Source: the human T2T-CHM13v2.0 reference genome, Homo sapiens
Reading direction: 5' to 3' (one strand)
DNA: 64,000 nt
NCBI RefSeq assembly: GCF_009914755.1
Contig: NC_060934.1
Part shown: positions 59,190 through 64,000 of the stretch, piece after piece
How the letters are laid out: every line of letters starts with the position of its first letter
How positions within the stretch are numbered: the first letter of the stretch is position 1
The notes under the pieces: generated by a model
Database searches by the model: none
What the model was told of the DNA's origin: nothing
The model's input: the letters and a program-made list of their open reading frames with translations, nothing else
Translations under genes and position numbers: made by a program

Positions 59190-60412
59190 TGTGGCCCCAG
59201 TGACATTCAGAATACAGTGAGTAGGATTGAAGTATGACAACTGAGGCTACATTATGAAGATGTTGTGTCCTCTGCCTTATTCCCTGAGGTTGTTTGCTTT
59301 CTGGGAAAGCCAGTCACCCTATCATGAAGACACTTAGGCAAATTAAGGAAAAGTTCACATGGGGAGGAAGTGGGCCCTTCTCCTAACAACTAGCACCAGC
59401 TTGCCAACTATGTGAGTGGGACATCTTGGAACTGCAGCTTCAATTCTAGTCAGGCTTCATATCTGCAGAGATGACATCTTTTATATATATATATTTATGT
59501 AAGTTCAGGGGTGCATGTGCAGATTTGTATATAGGTAAACTTGTGTCATGGGGGTATGTCGTACAGATTATTTTGTCACCCAGATATTAAGCATAATACC
59601 CCATTAGTTCTTTTTCCTGATTCTCTCCCTCTCCCTACCCTCCACCCTCCAATAGGCCCCAGTGTGTGTTGTTCCCCTCTATGTGTCTATGTATTCTCAT
59701 CATTTAGCTCCCACTTATAAGTGAGAACATGCAGTATTTGGCTTTCTGTTTCTGTGTGAGTTTGCTAAGGATAATGGCCTCCACCTCCACCCATGTTCCT
59801 GCAGAGGACAGGATTTCATTATTTTTATGACCGTATAGTATTCCATGGTATATATATACCACATTTTCTTTATCCAGTATACCGTTGATGGGCATTTAGG
59901 TTGGTTCCATGTCTTTGCTATTGCGAATAGTGCTGCAATGAACATCTGTATACATGTGTCTTTATAATACAATGATTTACATTCCTTTGGGTGTTGCTGG
60001 ATTGAATGATATTTCTGTTTTTTAGGTGTTTGAGGAATCACCACACTGCTTTCCTCAATGGCTGAACTAATTTACACTCCCACCAACAGTGTATAAGCAT
60101 TCCTGTTTCTCCACAACCCCACCCGCATCTGTTATTTTTTTGACTTTTTAAAAATAGCCATTCTGACTGGTATGAGTATCTCATTGTGGTTATGATTTGC
60201 ATTTCTCTAATCATCAATAATGCTGAGCTTTTTTTTCATATGATTGTTGGCCGCATGTACAGAAATGTCATCTTGATGGGCTAAGACAGAACTGCCCAGC
60301 TGAATTACTCCCGATTCTTGCCTCACAGAAGCCATAACATAATAAATGTTTATTGTTGTTTTAAGGCAATATATCTTGAGATAATTTGTTATGCAGCCTT
60401 AGATCAATAATA
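59190..60412 (+). mobile_element. MLT1-family LTR split by an L1 3' fragment
   Basis: cacatggggaggaagtgggccc...tgtgagtgggacatcttgga; 3' part aataaatgtttattgttgttttaagg...taatttgttatgcagc. Confidence 0.75.
59481..60259 (-). mobile_element. 5'-truncated L1PA (about PA13-like) fragment
   Basis: 3' UTR plus ORF2 C-terminal remnants; 15-bp TSD caga(g/a)atg(a/t)catctt at 59466-59480 / 60260-60274. Confidence 0.88.
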
Positions 60413-61639
60413 TATAACCTCTGTTAAAATTTAATGTAGAAAATGAGCTGAATAAATGTTACAATGAGTTTTATTTTAAAAACTAAGTCAACACGTCTTT
60501 TTAAAAACTTAGGGTTTTTTTACTACTTAATATGAAAGTTAAGAATATTTGCACACTCCATATTTCATGGTACTTAATTTTTTGCATATGAAGCCTCAAA
60601 TATAAACTTTATTAATGTTATTTTTAAAAGAAAACCAGAATATGAACTAGGTGTTAAGTCATATTTATTTTAAAGTAATCCAAGAATTCATATGAATATT
60701 CACTGTCAGTGAAAAAATTAAATCAATAAATGAGGAGCTATAACATCAGATATTTTTTACTTGTTTTACATACACAAACAAGATGATAAGTTGATCTAAA
60801 ACAAGACTTAGAAATCAACTGCATGTGTGCTACAGGCTTAATATTTCTAAATATTGTAACAAATGCAAAATAAGACAGTTTCTTAATGCAAGGTGCTTTT
60901 AGCCTTATTTGTTAGTAAAAAGCTAGCAAACACTAAAAATTAAGGGAGATATTTGGGCTATTGGATTAAGTGCTTTCAGAAAACTGAAGAAATAAAACTG
61001 AAGCAGAGGTGGTTAGGTGTTGATGAAAAAGGTTTGCATAGATGATGGGTAAATATCATTGATTTATGTTGGGCTTTGGAGTCGGTAAGGGTGGAGATGA
61101 GTGTATTAGGTCACCAGCTGCTCCTCCTTCTCCCAGAGTCAGGGGAATTGGGTGAGTGGGTAAGGAGGCCTTGCTTCCGGTAAACACTCCTTGATGTTCC
61201 CTTAGAGTCATCCCTTTGAAGACTCCCGTCCCTTTGATGACACCAGCAGGGGTGACCCCTTTTAAGCCATCAGAGTAGTTCACCCATGGGAGCACGTGTG
61301 AAACATTAGCCTGCTTCTGCCCCTCTCCTGCTGTTTGCTGCTGCACAAGTATATTCTGAGCAGAATGGGGGTCCAGAGAGGGATGGTTTTTAGTCTTCCA
61401 ATAATGCATGGGAACCAAAAAGTCAATCTGTAATTGATCCCTAAACTCCAAGCCTACTATAATGACATGAATTTCTGCCTAGATTCATGGTATTTTGTAT
61501 TTTACAGTCTTTCATTTTCTGATGAATGTTTCTCAATGCAATTCTTCACCATTGGAAACCCCAACCAGGAGTGAGAATATGGGATTTTCTAGATAGATAT
61601 GTAGATGAATGTATAAAGAGATGGATAGGTGAGAATCAG

Positions 61640-61850
61640 ATTGTGGTTTAGCACAGGTTTCAGAGTCAGTCTGCCTGCATATAAAACCCAGTACAACTCC
61701 TTACAAATCATGTGACCTTGGAAAGTTAGTAAATTGTCTGTGACTCAGTTTTCCCCTGGGGGATGTAGTCATTTCTTGTAACAATTAAATGACAATAAGT
61801 ATAAAAAACTTAGAATAATGCCTACCACATATTATGCAGTCGTTAGATAA
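61640..61850 (+). mobile_element. MIR
   Basis: tgtgaccttggaaagttagtaaattgtctgtgactcagttttccc core. Confidence 0.75.
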
Positions 61851-62229
61851 AACAGCTGTTTGTGTTTGGTGGTGCTGTTGATAGGAAAACATATTGCCTT
61901 GTAGTAATACTTGATGTTATCCCAACTTTGCCTTACCTTTATATCATCCCAGGTGTATAAAAACTCTTACCTGTCCTATAGGCTAACCCAGTTTGTCATT
62001 CTTTTGGAACATTTGACTTTTACTGATAGCCATATTGGCTTATCACTGGTTTGACCTACACTAACATTTCACTGTGTACCAGCTCATATCCCCTTTCTCT
62101 TACTTCAGGGCATCACCCTAGAAATTCTTTTCTCTTTTATGTGAATATTTTCCTCGCTCCAATCTTTAAAAACCAACCTACCAACCAAACAAACAAAAAC
62201 ACTTTATCTCCATATCCCTGCTTTGACTG

Positions 62230-63510
62230 CTAATCCAGTTCTTTGTTCCCATTTAAGAAAATTTCTTGAAATACATATAAACATAGCATTTCCAATTCCT
62301 CACCTCCCATCCTCTCCCGGAGCTTTTATCCATACTGCTCTACCAAGGTCACTAGTGACCTCCGACTTCTGAAATTCAAGTTTTGATTATCACGTCTTAC
62401 TTGAACATCTGTAATTATTGACACAGTTGACCACTCTTCCTCCTTGAGACATTTTCTTCACTTGGGTACTAGAACCCCATATTCTCCTAGTTTTCTTTCT
62501 TTCCCATTAGCTGTTCCATCTCTGCTACTTTGGTTGGTTGGTCCTGAGCACTTCCAATAGTTCTATGTCGGCATGCTTCACAACTCAATCCTTGATCTCC
62601 TCTCTTCTCTATCTATCCTTTCATCCTTGGTGATCTTCAGGTAGTCTCACAGCTTTCGATACGCTCTACATGCTGACAAATTCCAGATTTACGTTTCCAG
62701 CCTGGATTTATCTTTTCAACTTCAGACATCTAGCAACCTATTTGAAAAATCCACTTGGACAAATCATACACATCACCCTAAAATATCAAAACTGAACTAC
62801 TTTTTCTCTAAGCCTGTTCCTCTTACAATTTTCCCTATTTTACTAAAAAGAACTCCATCCTTCCCATTCATGAGGCTCAAAATTTCAGAATCATCCTTTT
62901 CTTTTTTCTTTCACTCACATCGTATCTTGGTCCAACAGCAAATCACATTAATTCTACCTTAAAAATGTATCCAAAACCAACCTCTTGGCATTAACACTGC
63001 AGTCTAGGCCACATCTTTTGCCTGGATTATTGCAATGACTTCTGACTTATCTTCATATTTCTGCCTTTGCCTTCCTATTGCCTGTTTTCAACCTTGCAGG
63101 TATTTTATAATATAAATTAGAGGACAAAACCAACTGCTCAGAGCTCTCCAGAGGCTCCTTTTTCAGAATAAAAGGCAAATCTTTACAATGGTCTACAAGG
63201 CCCCAGACAACTTGCACCCCTTTCTCCACCTTGCGTCCCATCTCATTGCTTCCTCCTCTCCTCTGCCTTCAGAGGAGACTGTTCCAGCCACTATAACTGT
63301 CTTGCTAATTGTAACACATATCAGACAGACTTCTGCTCCAGAGCAACTGCAGTTTCTGTTTTCTCTACCCAGAATACTCCATCCTCAGATCCCACAGGGC
63401 TCACTCGTCCATCTCCTTCTCAATTGGACCTTCTCTAATCTCTTAAACTAAAATTGCAGCCCTCTGGTTTTTGTTCCCACACTCCCTAGTACCCTTTATT
63501 TGTTTAATTT
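62230..63510 (+). mobile_element. L2 LINE 3' region
   Basis: ccaaggtcactagtgacctcc, ttgacacagttgaccactcttcctccttga, gcctggattattgcaat, tacaatggtctacaaggccc. Confidence 0.85.
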
Positions 63511-63517
63511 TATATAT

Positions 63518-64000
63518 ATTTTTAATTTTTCCATAGGTTACTGAGGTTCAGGTGGTATTTGGTTACATGAGTAAGTTTTTTAGTGGTGATTTGTGAGATT
63601 TTGGTGTACCCATCACGCAAGCAGTATGTACTGCACCATATTTGTAGTCTTCTATCCCTCACCCCCCTCCGACTCTTCCCCCCAAGTCCCCAAAGTCCAT
63701 TGTATCATTCTTATGCCTTTGTGTCCTCATAGCTTAGCTCCCACATATCAGTGAGAACATATGATGTTTGATTTTCCATTCCTGAGTTACTTCACTTACA
63801 ATAATAGCCTCCAATCTCATCCAGGTTACTACAAATGCTGTTAAGTCACTCCTTTTTATGGCTGCATAGTATTCCATCATATATATATATATATATATAT
63901 ACATACATACATACATATCTCACAGTTTCTTTATCCACTCATTGATTGATGGGCATTTGGGTTGGTTCCATTATTTTGCAATTATGAATTGTGCTGCTAT
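63518..64000 (-). mobile_element. L1PB-like 3' end, running off the window
   Basis: ggtggtatttggttacatgagtaagttttttagtggtgatttgtgagattttgg; ORF2 C-terminal remnant MEYYAAIK...HHMFSLICGS. Confidence 0.88.

Overview
Human (hominid) genomic DNA, AT-rich and repeat-dense. The only host coding sequence is a 75-nt phase-2/2 exon of PRKG1 (cGMP-dependent protein kinase I) on the + strand at 1008-1082, encoding (D)[24 protein letters not shown](K). The rest is intron: the next exon (YEAEAAFFANLKL...) is not in the window. The intron is a layered transposon record. It holds two near-full-length old L1s on the - strand: an L1MA3/4-like element carrying an Alu and an MST LTR that itself carries a young L1HS, and an L1PA15/16-like element inside a MIR carrying an Alu and a MER11 LTR. 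There are also two human-specific Alus (Ya5, Yb8), older Alus, MaLR/ERV LTRs, hAT MITEs, L2/MIR relics and microsatellites. Most ORF-track entries are repeat-derived or chance. I see no new multi-gene system. The best leads are: an L1HS with a mixed subfamily haplotype and 20-bp TSD, a cryptic exon beside a (UG)n tract, a non-repeat TCF/LEF motif island (DKK1 is the neighbouring gene), a perfect RFX X-box, a sense-oriented MER11 LTR, and an ultra-short L1-tail insertion. Repeat subfamily calls and boundaries are by eye from remembered consensus sequences and need RepeatMasker/Dfam confirmation.
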